From Babesia bigemina (lineage: Eukaryota), in assembly GCF_000981445.1 (NCBI RefSeq), contig NC_027218.1:2418001-2482000 (forward strand): 64,000 bases of DNA, written 5' to 3'. The notes beneath the pieces are model-generated. The model saw only the letters and a program-made list of their open reading frames with translations, was not told the DNA's origin and did no database searches. Below, one piece after another: positions 23,313-36,799 of the stretch (position 1 is the first letter of the stretch; the number at the start of each line of letters is the position of its first letter). Made by a program: the position numbers and the translations under genes.

Positions 23313-24546
23313 ATGTGTCAGCTGGCGAGTTGCTCCTCCCGTTGGATTCTACGCGGCAGATGGCTGCTGCACAGCGCCGCGGCGTGGCGCCGCGGCGCTG
23401 CTGTCCCTCCAGGCGCCAGCAGCCTTCTCTGCCGCCCGTTAACGCGGGATGTGCGCGCTGTGTCGAGCGGCTCGTCCGACAATCGCCTCGCCTCAGCTCC
23501 TGCCGTCGCCAACGTTGACGGTACTGTTTGCTACCTAACTACTGGGTAAAAAAAGCACTGCAGACAGCGTGGCAGTCGCCTCCGCAGCGGACTCGACAGC
23601 AGTGACACCCGCCGCCTCCCCCGCCGAGTACTGCAACGAGATCCTGTCTGACCCTTTGTCCGATGTGAGCGTGGAGGAGAGTGCGCGTTTCGTCGTGCCG
23701 TTCCCGAACAGCGACCGTCCGCACCTGCTGGAGGTCATAACCCGTCCTTTCAGGTACGTGGCGCTATAGTTGTGCTGCCAGTTAGTGTCATGCGTGCAGG
23801 CAGAATTACACGTTCGGCGCCGCGTCGATAATGCTGCACCTGTGCGTGGAGCGACTAGAGAACGAGGAGCTGACGGCCGCGTTCGAGATCGGCCCCGGTT
23901 TTAACCGGCGTGCGTACTTGCTGTTTCTGCACGTGTGGCTGCTGCACCGGCGCGCGATGAAGGAGTGCCCGCTGGGGATCCTGCTGGACCGCTACCTGTT
24001 CCGCTGCGCGTTTGAGCTGCTGGGGGAATGGCTGTCGATGCGCGGCGTTGCGGAGCACCGCTTCAAGCGTGAGCGTGAGAACTGCCAGGCGTTCATGATG
24101 AAGTTTTTGGTTGAGCTGGACCAGTGCACTTTGGACGAGGAGCTGTACGCGTACAAGCTTTCGCGCGCGTTGCATGAGTATGTGCGTTCGACCGGCAGCG
24201 ATATTGTTTCAGTCACATGTACGAGGGGGACGTGAGCGAATCCACGGTGCGTCTGCTGGTGAAGTACGTGCTGCGGCAGTTCACGCACGTGTCCAACCTC
24301 GACAGCCGCGTGTTCCTGGAGGCGATGTTTTTGTGGTTTGTGTTTGCGTCAGCGCCTGAAATGTGGCTCAGGGCCGACACGGAGCCCATCTGCAAACCGC
24401 AGCGTCTGCTGAAGCGCGCAATGCCGCAGCTGATAAAATACGGAGGTGAGTTTGGCCAGGAGCATACGGCATTGCCCGCAGGCTACCGGCCCCCGACGGC
24501 GGACACGGCAAAGCTCGGCCCCGGTTCCACCAAACTGGAGGCGTGA
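23313..24546 (+). CDS. CBP3/UQCC1-like cytochrome bc1 assembly chaperone (multi-exon, start uncertain)
   Basis: FNRRAYLLFLHVWLLHRR..LLDRYLF resembles the Cbp3 core F..W....LH.W motif. The N-terminus is Arg/Ala-rich and transit-peptide-like. Confidence 0.65.
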
Positions 24547-25155
24547 AGCAACGCAGAGTCACAAAACAACTATATAATATACGTAGACAATCGCAAATCA
24601 CTCAAACAAATCATGAAAGAGAGCCGCCTAAGCAGCAGAGATTGTTAGCCCCGGAGGGCCGGAGTGGGTGCACCGCACAACCCAAAAGTGTTAGGGGGAG
24701 GCGACGCCTGAAGAGCCACCGGGCAAGCCCATGGCGGACATCTTCCCCAGCGAAAAATACCCGTGATAAGATAGAGTCCAATTGGACTCGTATCAGCTAT
24801 CACGCTGATAAGAACAGGTACTACAAATTGATCTTAGCCAAGAGGCCGAGAAGGTATGCGCGGAAACGTGCGGCCGAGCTCCGCTCTGGCACCACCACAC
24901 AAAACGGGTGATTACTCTAATACCCCATATTAGTCAGACATGGCTACACACAAAGATGTTTGCCGTCCGATGCAGCCGCAGTTTCAGCACTTATCTAGCG
25001 GTTCGATGTATTATAGATATAATTTCCACGTTTGTTGATCGTGATGTGTCGATTTCTGAGCGTTACTCATGTTTGCGGTGTCTCCAGACCTCACGGATCG
25101 CTGACGGTTCGGCGTCCTAACAGTGATAGCGGTGGCAGCCGCTGTCTTACCGTTA

Positions 25156-27801
25156 CTATGTGATTGAAGCCGTGCCAAAGATGGCTAAAATCGCAGCTAC
25201 AGTAATGAATTTCACCGCGGCGTGTGCCATGCCTGACCGCGATGTTAGGTATACCACCGCCAGCAGTTCATTGTTTTCGTCGAGGCACCGGCACTCCACG
25301 TCCACGACTGGCTGCTGGGATTCGTTCCTCAACATATCCGTTGAGATGTACCACAACGACTTGAATCCGCCGCGGGTGTTTTTTTCCATGATATTCTGTA
25401 ACAAGTTACTGCTGCGTTGAACAGCAGTGCTCTGTGTGTCTAGTGACGGCGCATTTACGTCGTGGCATTCGGGCAGAATTTTATCATCCGGCCCCTTGGG
25501 GCAGTGCAATGCCACGACGTTGTGTTCGGCGATGTTGAACGTTGCACTGTTGTAGGTGCTCTTCGGGTAGGAGTAGTCCAGACGAAACAACGCATCCTCG
25601 GCGCTCACCCCGTAGTGGTTGGGGGTGTTGCTTCGTATATAAATCTGGACGACGGCGACGTCGCTGTTCTGGTCGTCCCATAAATGGTTTCTTGTGCACA
25701 GAAAGTACATAGCGTTGTCACTTCTTGACGAGAGCACGTAATCGGGGTCTAGATACATCTCGAAGACCGATTCTGCGTTTTTGGGCTGTTTCACCATAGT
25801 CAGCCCGTGCATGGCCCTGGTGGCGTAGAGTGGCCTGCCACGAATTTTGTCCATGAGCACACCCGGGAAGAAGCGTGGTATGTCGTCGTAGACCTCCCAC
25901 GCTTTACTCGGGTACAAACGAGTAGCTGGACGGTTGACAAAGAAGTCGGAGCAGTCGATTCGTCGTTTCTGCCCCGCAGCCAGCAAGATATGGAACAATT
26001 TGGGTCCATCAGTGGGCTTTAGTATGGAGTTGTCCGGGATTAGAATTTTGCCTGCGCTGTCGAATTCCTCGAACTCGCCCACCAGTTTGACTATGACGAT
26101 GGGGCTGTTCTCGGTTGTCGAATAGTCGCGTTGATGGCTGCTGCATTCGTAGTGAACTTCGTCCCTGATGGGGCTGCGACCATGGACTCCACTGAACACG
26201 ATTTTGTGCGACTCCCCCCTGCTGTCTTTAACTAGACTCCTGGTGATTCCAGCGTGTTTATCCACGACGTAATCGTCGTCTACCCTGACGTAGCCGTGTC
26301 GGACGTCTTCCGGCTGTAGAGGGAAGTACTCCCTCTCAGATCTGCGGGGGCACCTTACAAGCAACTTCTCAGAGGGGCGCAGAATGATCTTGCAGGGCCG
26401 CCAAAGCTCCATGTCATCGTCGAATATGCACATCTTTGTATTTTTCAGCGCAAAAACATATGAGGTGTAATCCTGGGTTCTGCTCTTGCAGCTGATTTGC
26501 AGGGTCATGTCCTCTAGTGCCGAGGTGTTGGAGAAATCAATGACCATGAGGTGCTCTCCTCGCTTCGATAAGCGCGTGTTAGGAAACATGAGGCGCATTT
26601 CCATCATGAATTTTGCTGCACCAACCGACATAAGACTCGAAGGCCACAACATGTGCGTTTCAAGTGGGCAGTACAGGGCCACGGCCCTGGCATGGGTCAG
26701 ATTATATTCGTACATCTGCACCGCTTTCTGTCGGTGAGTGGCCTCACCATTCTCATCCCCCGCCGCCCTGGGACCCGGTTTGATGATGTCGATAACCGAG
26801 ACGGTGTTGGAAACAAGGTGGAATATGCTCTCTAATTGTTGGTTACTTGAAGTGCAGCTCAGGTAAAATTTCCCTTTGAATACGCGAAAGAGCGATGACA
26901 GGCCACGGCTCTTCACGACTAGGCTTCCACCACCGATATTTTTAAAGTTTACGGAAACGTTGTGCAGCGAAACCGAATCCTTCCATTTAGGATTAATGCG
27001 AGAAGGCGTGACCTTGTCCGAGTGTAATACGTTGTGTTTCATAGCTTCATGTTCAACTGGTGTCCACGTCCCAGCCACCTTTTCGTCTTCTGGGCCCCTG
27101 CACAGTGCTATCAGTTGGTCGACCGCGGAGTATTCCTTTGTATAGATGAGATCGTGCATCATTGGGCGGAAATCGATGTGGCTGATGTGGATAAAATTAT
27201 CCATTATGACGGGTTGGTCGGGTATGACGCGTACGGCAATGAGCGCCGAAGGGTTGTATATCTCCCGTCTGTGGCATTCATTCAGGCAGACAAAATACAT
27301 CGTGGAAAGTGCTCTCACCTTCTCTCCGGTCCATAGGAACGACAGCCGCCTCGACGATTTGCAATACTCTATGAGTATCAGCGAGTCGGTGATGTCATCG
27401 AGGAACCCCAGCCGTTCATCCGCGAACGTCAAAAGGTTGTTGGCGATGTCATCTTTCGTGTATGGCGCTGCTTCGAGGCACGACCCACCGCGAGGCGGTG
27501 ATGTATAGTACTTGGTTAATTCGTTCGGGTAGAAGTTAGAGACCGTTGCACGCGCGCATGGGCACGTGATGGTAATGCTCTCACCGCGATAAAGGTCCAC
27601 CTCCGCCACATGGAATGTCGGTCTGTCTGGCGTAAGCTTCGTAGTGAAATCCGCTACCAATTTTCCAGCGGAACCCTTTGTTTGCAGGGTTTTGTAAACG
27701 CCCGGTTTGAGAGGCTTGCCGTGAGCACTGCTCGTAGGATCCATCCTGACCTCAGACACGAAAGCAAGCGCCACCAGTACAAACCAATCTCCTAACGTCA
27801 T
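25156..27801 (-). CDS. 6-Cys (s48/45-domain) surface protein, secreted and probably GPI-anchored
   Basis: N-terminal signal peptide, repeated domains with spaced Cys (ITITCP, FVC, VALYCP, QISC, LLVRCP, YFLC, VALHCP..PEC..VECRC) and a hydrophobic C-terminal tail. Confidence 0.7.
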   Translation of the reverse strand: MTLGDWFVLVALAFVSEVRMDPTSSAHGKPLKPGVYKTLQTKGSAGKLVADFTTKLTPDRPTFHVAEVDLYRGESITITCPCARATVSNFYPNELTKYYTSPPRGGSCLEAAPYTKDDIANNLLTFADERLGFLDDITDSLILIEYCKSSRRLSFLWTGEKVRALSTMYFVCLNECHRREIYNPSALIAVRVIPDQPVIMDNFIHISHIDFRPMMHDLIYTKEYSAVDQLIALCRGPEDEKVAGTWTPVEHEAMKHNVLHSDKVTPSRINPKWKDSVSLHNVSVNFKNIGGGSLVVKSRGLSSLFRVFKGKFYLSCTSSNQQLESIFHLVSNTVSVIDIIKPGPRAAGDENGEATHRQKAVQMYEYNLTHARAVALYCPLETHMLWPSSLMSVGAAKFMMEMRLMFPNTRLSKRGEHLMVIDFSNTSALEDMTLQISCKSRTQDYTSYVFALKNTKMCIFDDDMELWRPCKIILRPSEKLLVRCPRRSEREYFPLQPEDVRHGYVRVDDDYVVDKHAGITRSLVKDSRGESHKIVFSGVHGRSPIRDEVHYECSSHQRDYSTTENSPIVIVKLVGEFEEFDSAGKILIPDNSILKPTDGPKLFHILLAAGQKRRIDCSDFFVNRPATRLYPSKAWEVYDDIPRFFPGVLMDKIRGRPLYATRAMHGLTMVKQPKNAESVFEMYLDPDYVLSSRSDNAMYFLCTRNHLWDDQNSDVAVVQIYIRSNTPNHYGVSAEDALFRLDYSYPKSTYNSATFNIAEHNVVALHCPKGPDDKILPECHDVNAPSLDTQSTAVQRSSNLLQNIMEKNTRGGFKSLWYISTDMLRNESQQPVVDVECRCLDENNELLAVVYLTSRSGMAHAAVKFITVAAILAIFGTASIT

Positions 27802-29157
27802 TTTATAAATGGGTCGTGCGTTGGCAAATGGACAGAAGTTGTAAATGGAAAATCATTTGATTTCCCCTACCATGCAATTTTAACAATCCTAGTTGGTTAA
27901 AACATTATCCCAATAAAGCCTTTTTATTGGCCTATATGGAGCAAGCCACGAATATTTCACTACGTTGCCATGGTGCTTCAAAGTTAGCTATCGGCGTCCA
28001 CGAACTCAGCTTTGTTTCTCAGGATGTCATGAAAAAACTGCCATTTTGCTAGACGGCAGGAACGACGCAACGAATCAAAGTCGTTGTATTATGTTTGGTT
28101 CTTAAAGTTGCAACCACTATACATGGCTCATTTGAGGTCACTTAGCACGCAATCTCCGTCACAAGCGCGCCGTCGTGATTAATTCGTGATATTCTAGGAA
28201 CGAACATGGATAATAACCGTTGTATCGCGCACATACCAGCATTATTTGACTCGAAATGGCGTACAGTCAATTGTTTGGATCATAGTTGAGTGAACAGTTG
28301 ACCCGGATACACGTGTAATGCTGATCCTTGAGTCTAAGTGTTCATAGCGGCTAGACAACTCTTGTCCAGGGAAAACGAGGCCAACAAAAGCTATTGACAG
28401 TTTTGGCTGTGTCCAATAATGGAATCGAACGTCAATGTTAGGAATTGTTTCTCTTCTGTTTCTCAAATCGATGTTGATTCATGCAAAAGTGATAACACGT
28501 GCACGTTCTGTGCGTTTTCCAAGCGTTGCAGCGTGGCACTCGGGGCCCAATTATTCTATTTCGCATATCTCATTCGGTACGTAATGACTGCCTATGGCAA
28601 TGAGTTATCGCAAGGGAAGCGGTGCTTCGTATCGACACGCTCCGTGCTTCTTGAGTGACCTAAAAAAATGCGAAAGAGGCGTTAATGCCGCAATTTCGGC
28701 ACTTCAGTTAACGACTTCCGGCATATCGCAGATGCAGGAACAAAGTTGCTGGAAGCACGTCTGCTCATACACCGTCAGCATCGACAGGACCTAGACACCA
28801 ACAGCACCTTTCGTGTTATACACCGGTGAGATCGGCAGCTCGAAAAAGCTAATTGTAATTGATGCTTTTTGCCATTTCAGCTGGTGTGCGTAGTTATCAT
28901 TTCTACTGTGTACGGGCGACGCGATTCATACTTCGGGCGGATGACACCGTTGCGCTTCCCTATAATTTCACATATAAACAACCGCGCAAATAATTAGAAC
29001 AATAAAATTGCGCATATACACTTCAGACACTTTTTGGCTCGCAAATTAGGGCGACTGTTTCATTGCGTCGGCGGTTAGCCACGTCGGATAGGTATCGGTC
29101 TCGTTGGACGCTAGGCGCTGACCGCTGGCTGATTGGACATGATGCCTCTCAGCTGAG

Positions 29158-31073
29158 GTGCCTTCCGTCGGAAGATGTGTGGATCTTTCTCACCCATGTG
29201 TTGCGTTGTTCAACATGGTGAGTGGTCCTCACGTTGCCGCCTCGGCGGCGTCTAGAGGTTACGACGATGCCGAGAACTACGTTACGTATTCGAACACCAA
29301 TGGAAGCGGCCAACATTCGGCCTCCGTTAGCCGCCAGGTGCTTCAAGGTCGTTCCCCCGGCATGTTTGGCATCGCCGTCCGCAGATTCTCCACTACCGAT
29401 GGGACGTCGACCCCGGCATCGTGGTACTACTCGGTCCCTGAATCCAGGTCCGGCTATGGCTCAAACACGCCACTGAGCGATGCACCGTACGAGCATGAGG
29501 TGATCCTGCGGAGCTACTTCCACGGCCAGCTGGCGGACGTGATGAGACGTTCGATTTGGTGGACCATTATGGGGCTGCTGATGGCCGAATTAATGCAACG
29601 GAACAATGCAATTACGACAAGCCGAACAGTCTTCAACACGTCTCTGCTGTTCGCGTCGCTGTTTTCTGATCTGATTGCGGAGGTTTGTTTGATTAAGCGC
29701 GCATGGCAATCACGCCCGCAGAGTATGACCATTCGGAAACTGCTGTGTTTGACTCTCCTGTGGCGCCTGGCAATCTGGACGATACTGCTGCCGGCGTCGT
29801 ATTGTTTCTTCAGTATGTTCAGCCACATGTGGTTACAAGTTTTGCAGACTTCTATCTGCCGTTGCCGGGCGTATTTTCGTGGTGGTGCCTACTGGCTGTT
29901 GTGTTGGATGGCTTTCAAGAGGCCCTCTCCAACACTTCTGATTTAGTGTACAAGGGAATCGACCGCCTGAGCCATCACTACGATATGGCCATCGACCCGG
30001 CCAGGCATAGCATGATGCTAAACAAGTACCAAATCGCCTCCCTCGTTTCGTTCGTCTGCGTAGTGATCCCGCTGTCCCTTATCGCATACGGGCTCAAGTT
30101 CGTAGTCAACAAGTCAGGTTTGTGAGTTGCATCGCATTGCCAATTCGCGTGCAGAGCTGTTTATTCTGGCGACAGTCATGGGCAGCGCTTTCGCCGTGCT
30201 CTCTGCCGTTTCGCTCTACTACTACTGCAGCGGCCTGGGTTACGCGGCGCCCGCGGATTACACCGTGCACTATGGTAGCGTGGAGTTGTCCGTCGCTTCC
30301 GCTTGGGACGAAATGTGCTGCAAGCTGGACGACATTAAGGAGGGCATGCTGCTCGCGTGCTCATCGGGTTCATTGATGAGGCAGATTTTCTTCGTGTCGA
30401 TGGAGACTGCTTTCGAGCACTCTTTAATATGCTTCTGTGTCCCGCTAACCGGTGAGCGAGCCTCGTCCTGCCCATTAACACCATGCAGCTCTCGACCGAA
30501 CCTTGTTCCCCGATCGTGGCATCTTGCATGCCGCCATCATATGCTCGCTGTTGGTATCGGCCGGGAAGTTCGGCGGTTCGGTCTACGGCCTGTACGCGGC
30601 TATGTGTCCGCCAAGAAATTCGCGAGACGTGGTGCCCATTAGGATGACCAAGGTCTACAGGTGCGCTCTAGGTGTATGCTCTGACAAGTCTTAGGTGTCT
30701 TTTGATGAGTTGCCTGTCTCTGGTGGCGCTTTCCATCTGCAGCTACGCGAACGATGGCGATCCTTACAGCACCATGGTGCAAATGATGGTCGTGGGGGCC
30801 CTGATTTTCACGTTTTTCGCCTTCTCGGCGTACCCGAAAGCCGTCGTCTCTTCAATAATGAACGTGGCGATACTAAGCCACCCGCTATCGTACAAGATTT
30901 TCGACTTCGTCAACACGTTCGCAGTGATCTGCGACATCGTCTTGACCATAGCCCTAACGGTGTTCATGAACAAGGCAGTCGGCACCGTTGGCATAAACGG
31001 CACCGTCGTTTCAGTCACGGTGTTCTACATATTTCACACGCTGTACCATGTGCTTATAGGTAAGATTTTTTGA
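29158..31073 (+). CDS. Multi-pass membrane protein, possibly MFS-like transporter (multi-exon)
   Basis: Successive hydrophobic segments run across overlapping ORFs joined by short GT-AG introns (e.g. ~29683-29721 and one near 29813). Confidence 0.55.
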
Positions 31074-31122
31074 CCAGTTGTCCAATCGCGCAGGTATACG
31101 GCTAAGCGACGTAAGCCCCGAG

Positions 31123-34100
31123 TCAAGGATGCACTCGCCTCACGTGCCTTATGGGCCCCCCTTGGGCAGGCTCTAAGTCGGTTACCACCCAGTTCGTCTT
31201 GTAACCGGTGTCATATAGTTCCGCCAGCATGGCTGGCAGTTCGCCGCTGCGATCGTACAACAAGTATTTCCTGCAATTTTGTGTTGCATGTGACGTGGTC
31301 GCTTACCTGTAGAGGTTCAGCGCGGCTTTCGCGTCCTCCACGGAGTCGTGCTCGCCGCGCTGAATGTGCTGGTGCAGTATGTGCGCAGCCAGGAACTGCA
31401 ACGAGATGTACCTCCTTCTCGGCAGCCTGAACAGCTCCACCGTGTCGATGACCTGGTCGTGCGGGACGACGATGTTGAGCATTTTGAAGTCCTGCTCCAG
31501 CCCGTGGCCCAGTATCTTGCACCCGGCGTCAATGAGGTACCTGATCTTCATATATATGGCCTTCCTCGTGGTCAGCCAGTGCACCGAGGACTTCAAGTCC
31601 AGGTCGCCGTGGTGGATGCCAGAGAACCTGACGCGTGCTTAAGCGAGAACCTAGCTTCTCACCTTGTGAGGTAGTCCTTTGGCGGTTTTCTCCGATGAAT
31701 GTAGTGGTCCAGGAACGGGATCCCACACGCCTCTCCGGTGCCCCTTACGGCGCTGACCCTGCAGGCGTTTAGTCCGGCTAGCACGGGCACCTACCTGGCT
31801 ATTGACGCTAGATGCTGGTCTCCATCTTCCTTGGCGGAATATAGGAAGCCTTTCCTCTGCTGCAGGCTCGCGTTCGACACCACATTGTCGTCCGGTAAGG
31901 AGCGGTGGCTCGTGAGCCCCAAGCTCTCGTTTCCCGTTTCGACCCCTTCGATGTCCAGGGCGACAATGAAATCCCTCAGGTGCAGCGACAGCAGCTCGTT
32001 AACCGAGAGCGGCACGAAGGTGCGATATTTGTCGTGCGCCCTCGGGTTGTGAGCGATGTTGCACTCGGAAATGAATATGGACGCCGGGATGGGCACCTTG
32101 CTGCTTGGCACGGGCAGCGGCACTATGCGGCCGTTGAGGTTCACAACCGTCAGCTCGGCGTTCGCCGCCGGGTCTATATCCTTGATCGCGCCCAACATCT
32201 TCTTGCGGTATATTAGGGTGATCGGCTGCTTCCAGGGCGCGGAGAAATCCAGCATCTGCTCGAGGTCCTCCTCGGAGAGTTCGCACACATAGCCGTCGTT
32301 GATCAAGATCCACTCTTGCTTGTCCTGCGCGGGTTGTGCCTGTTGCGGCGCGAACCTACCTTCATCTCCTGCGGCACTCTGATGTACGCCAGCAGGCGGT
32401 AGCTGGAGTCCTCGGGCGGCACGGAGAAAAGGACGCTGATGAGCTCGTACGCGTCGTCTTTGAAGGTGACGTGCTCGTCGATTCTCGTCACCTGCTCTTC
32501 CTGCTGATCTTGGTTGCAGTGCACTATCATAAAGTTCGGCGTTTTGCTGACTTCGGTGTGGTACTTGGTGCGGACGGGCTTCTCGCACTCGGTGCAGTAG
32601 GAGACGATCTCCTCATCCTCCGCCTGTCCGGAGACAAAGAGGCTGTAGCGCAGGCAGAACTCATTCTCCAGCGTCTTTGTGGTGCGATGTCCGTTTGCGC
32701 ATGTTGAGTCCACCGTCTTCGAAAAGCCGAAGACGTTCTTGATCAGCTGGCCTTCGTTGGACGCGTAACCCCGCTCGTCCCTGCCGTAGTAGGTGTCGAG
32801 CTCCGAGTTCATCTTTTCTATGATCCACAGAAGCAGCCGCTGAACGGAGGACGCGGAGGTCTCCGACCTGTCCACCGGCATGAGCTCCTGAAGTTGCGTG
32901 GCGCGCAGCTCGGACCGTTTCGCGGGCACGAATTTGCACTCTTCCTCAACAATCCCCTGTTTCAGGTTCTCATGCGCCACATGCAGCATGTGCATCGCAA
33001 AGCCGACCTGGCACGTGAGGCAGTGTTCCACTTCGCAGCAATGGTACCGTATGGAGGTGAGCCTTTCCACGAAGAAAAAGACCTGCACGAACACCTGCAC
33101 CAGGTCGCCATGGAAGGTGCCTATCATGGAGGCGAACTGCGTGGTGTTTGAGTATTTCTGCTGCTCCTTGATTTTCTGGAAGATGGGCTTCAGATTCGCC
33201 GGGTCCATCTCGTACGCCGCGCCGATATCGTTTGGGAGTTCGATGGTGCTGAGCGCATAGACCTCATCCGCCGTGAACACCCGGTATGAGCCCTTATGTA
33301 TGTCCACGTTCACGTCGATGTCGTGGTAGACCCATGAATGACCATCGTTCAACCTCGGGTATTTGACGTACTCCAGGGTCGTGAGGTTGCACTCGAAGAA
33401 CCCGCCGTCATCCTTGAGCGCGACGACCTTGTTGCTGTTGGGGACCACGGCCGTCGCCTTTATCGGGCTGCCCACCCAGATGGAGCCGGTGTTGCTCATC
33501 CGCAGGTCATGCACCTGCAACAACGGCTCATAGATGAGCGTGCTTCCATAAATGTAGCACCCAGTTGTGACCACGTAGTTCCCGTACGCCGAGATGCTCC
33601 CAACCGCGTTCGAGTGCGCCTCCACGGTGTGCGCCACCTTTTGCATCCGGTGGTCCACAACGTGCAGAAGGCCTGAGAGCATACCCACGCAGATGGTGTC
33701 GGAGTACGCCTTTTCCACAGCCCCGTAATTCTGAGTCTGTAGTGCGTACCCGAGCGCGATCGCGCCCGAAGTCTTGTCTGGGACCATCTTCTGCTTTACG
33801 AACAACTTCTTGGGACGGTTCATCCGCTCAGACGACGGGATGAACTCCGGAATCGCGTCGAAGCTTCCGTACTTCCTGGCGATGCTCTCGAGAGAGGACG
33901 TGGTTGCGTTGTAGATGTCGTTCTGCGGGTAGAACTCGGCTGGCTGCGCGGCGTCGTGGGAAGGCGACACGTCGTTGTACTGCTGGTGGTACGACATTAT
34001 GCACGAGCTGGCGGAAGTGTCGCCGTTTAGACCGGCCACCACCGTGATCTGGTCCGCCACATCCGGCACGCTCATAGGCGCGTTCGACAGTTTCATTTTC

Positions 34101-34573
34101 CCAGATACTTGCCCCGTGAGGGCATCGACGGCATACAGGTCCTCCGCATTGGTCGCCAGCCAGATGTTGGTGTTGTCGGGCGTGCAATTCAGAAGCGAGC
34201 ACACGATATGGGCGGCCCCGTGATTGGAGATTTGCGATTCAGCCCTCTCGGAGGTAAGCCGCATCCGCCTCCCTCCGTCCCGGTTCACCAACTCCACGCC
34301 CTTCGCGTTGGACACAATGAGGCCCGTTTCGTGCGGCTGCATGGCGTTCACCGTGCACATGTGGCAGCCGCAGTACTCGTTGTATTGGTTTGCGTTGCCC
34401 GCGCCGTAGTGGCCGCCGTTATGCATCCCCCAGTGGTTGTACTTGACGGAGTTATCCGCGGCCGAAATGCCGACGACAGACCCCGTAAGGGGAGTCCGCA
34501 TGTTGGAGTGGACCCCATTGTACACCCAAACAACGTCCTCCCACCTGTCGTACTTCAGAATACCGTTTCTCAT
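31123..34573 (-). CDS. PAN2: PAN2 poly(A) nuclease catalytic subunit (WD40, UCH-like, DEDD exonuclease); multi-exon
   Basis: CLTCQVGF..HML, VALDIEGV, GHGLEQDFKMLNI, IDTVELF, HDSVEDAKAALNLYRKY. The start codon is uncertain. Confidence 0.9.
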
Positions 34574-35220
34574 CTTGGAGGTTGCTGAGGCACGCGTGAC
34601 AGCACTCGCCGCTGGATCTCCACTCGCGCCACCGAAATCTTGACCACGAAGACCTCCGCCTTCTTCCACCCCTCCGCTTTCTCAAAACGCTAGGGATTCA
34701 TCCGCTTGTTGATACCTGTCCTCTTCGTACGCGCTTGAATCCGATGAAAGCAACCAAAACTCAACACATCACCGACCTTAGTGCCCAGATTTGTTAACAT
34801 CCTCTTATTTAATAAGCATTCGTGGGTGTTATGAGCGCCTTTCGATCGGAAATCGCCAAATGCCGCGCGGAGCGTATCTGCCTCGGTACGGCAGCGCGAT
34901 ATGCGCAGTAGGAAGACGTTGCTGCACGAGCGAACAACACACCTTGCACCTTTACGGAGAATAACTATCGATCACACCGCGGCGATCTGATTTTCAAGGT
35001 TTTACGGCGCCAATTCAGCCCCCATGTGTCCGTGCTCCCTGGCCCCTCGACGTCTCGCAAGGAGCGGATTCCAACGTTTAGGGCGAGCACATCGGCGACT
35101 TCGCCGTTGACACACCTTATGCGAGTTTACTCAGGGCGTCTAGTTCATAGCAGGCCCTTGTCTTTGACAATGTGTGTGGTCGGCGGTTTCCTTTAGTTCA
35201 GCTCCGGTGTGCCTTTCAGA

Positions 35221-36785
35221 ATGGGCACCAGGGTTTTCGCGTTCACTTACGCAGGCAAGCCGCTGTTTACAAAGTAAGTTATCCGTCTTCCGTGGGAGAA
35301 TGCGCGTGGATTGCGTCCATGCGAGCTGCCGATTCTTGTACCGTACGCCCAGAACTTGGCTGCCATTCTTACATTCTAATTTTCGCGCAGCTGCCCGGAA
35401 GGCGAGCAATCACTTGCTTTCTACGGTACGTTGGTTCCTTTCGCCTTCGAAACCCGCAGGCGTTTTGTGCGCGGTCGCCTCCAAGGTGTCTACGCTGCTG
35501 TCCGAGTACACCAGCAAGGATGAGTTGAGGTACATCAGCGCCGGTGACGAGCACTTCGTCTACCTGGACCGCGGCCCCCTGTGCTACTTCGGCATTGGGC
35601 CCAAGGGCGAGTCGCCCTTGATGGTGTACAAGGTTCTGTCTTACCTGCATCTCCAGATCCTGTCGATTCTGACCCGGGGCGTGGAGCGCGTTTTGCTGAA
35701 GCGGCCTTCGTACGACGTGCAAAACCTGTTAGGCGGGACTCAGTCGATCCTGCAGAATTTGGTGACCAGCATGGACAGCCCCCTCAGCCTGCTTGACACG
35801 CGCGGATATGAGGCCCTCCCGCTGCCGGCGGATACCCGCTCCAAGTTGAGCTCCTTCTTCACGGATTTCAAGAGCCCGAACGTGCTGTGAGTCCCCGATT
35901 CGCGCGCGTTTAACTGATTCGGCAGCTGTTGTTTGATGGTGGTCTGTCACCGCGTGGTGGTGGTCACCATGTCGAAGAGCGTGACGCTCAGTCCGTCAGG
36001 TGGGTTGCATCCAGGTCCCGCGCATCGCTTCGCAGATATCGCAATCATATTACTCATGGTGGGCGGCGCTCGCGCGCTGCGCCAGGAGGAGAGTTGGACC
36101 CCCATCTGTCTGCCCGGCTTCAACGACCAGTACGTGCCAGTTCCCGCGCTCGATAGCATGCGTGCAGGGCGTTCACGTACGCGTATGTGAACTGCGTGCA
36201 GCCGCACATAGCCGTTATCTGCATCTCCAGCAGCGGCGACCAGGAGCTGTTTCACAAGATCTCCGAGCACGTCGGCCGCGTCACCAAGGTGGGTCGACCT
36301 GCCACGCAACCACACGCGCGCAGCAAATGACCGACTCCGGGTTGCTGGACCGTTTCCAACTGCCGCTGGTGTCGCTGCAGCTGGAGGTATTTTGCGGCGA
36401 GGACCCGTCGTGCGCCATTCTGCACGTGTTGTACTACTCGAAGAAGCTGGGGCAGTTCTTCTCGTCGGCGTTCCGCAACACGCCGTTCGGCGACAACGCC
36501 GACGTCATAAGGGCCGCCTACAAATCCTTCTCCGAGTTCCTGTTCAGCAAGGAGGAGCACGGCGCGATCACCGCCCGCTTTGAGGTTTGTGCATTTTCGG
36601 CCGCATCGACGCCCGTGCAGTGCGTCAACGTGTACGTGGAGAACAACCCCGAGTTCAGCCTCTACTTCGCCACGGCCGCGTGGACCAGCGTCACCACGGA
36701 GCTGGTGTCCAGGATTGTATCGTACGTCAACAAGCAGTTCCGCTTTCTGTTCATCACGCGTATACCCTCTATAGTGTCACGATAG
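35221..36785 (+). CDS. MON1: Vacuolar fusion protein MON1 (SAND family); multi-exon
   Basis: MGTRVFAFTYAGKPLFT, YLHLQILSILT..RPSYDVQNLLGGT, ESWTPICLPGFN. Confidence 0.85.
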
Positions 36786-36799
36786 TTGAGCTGAATCAT

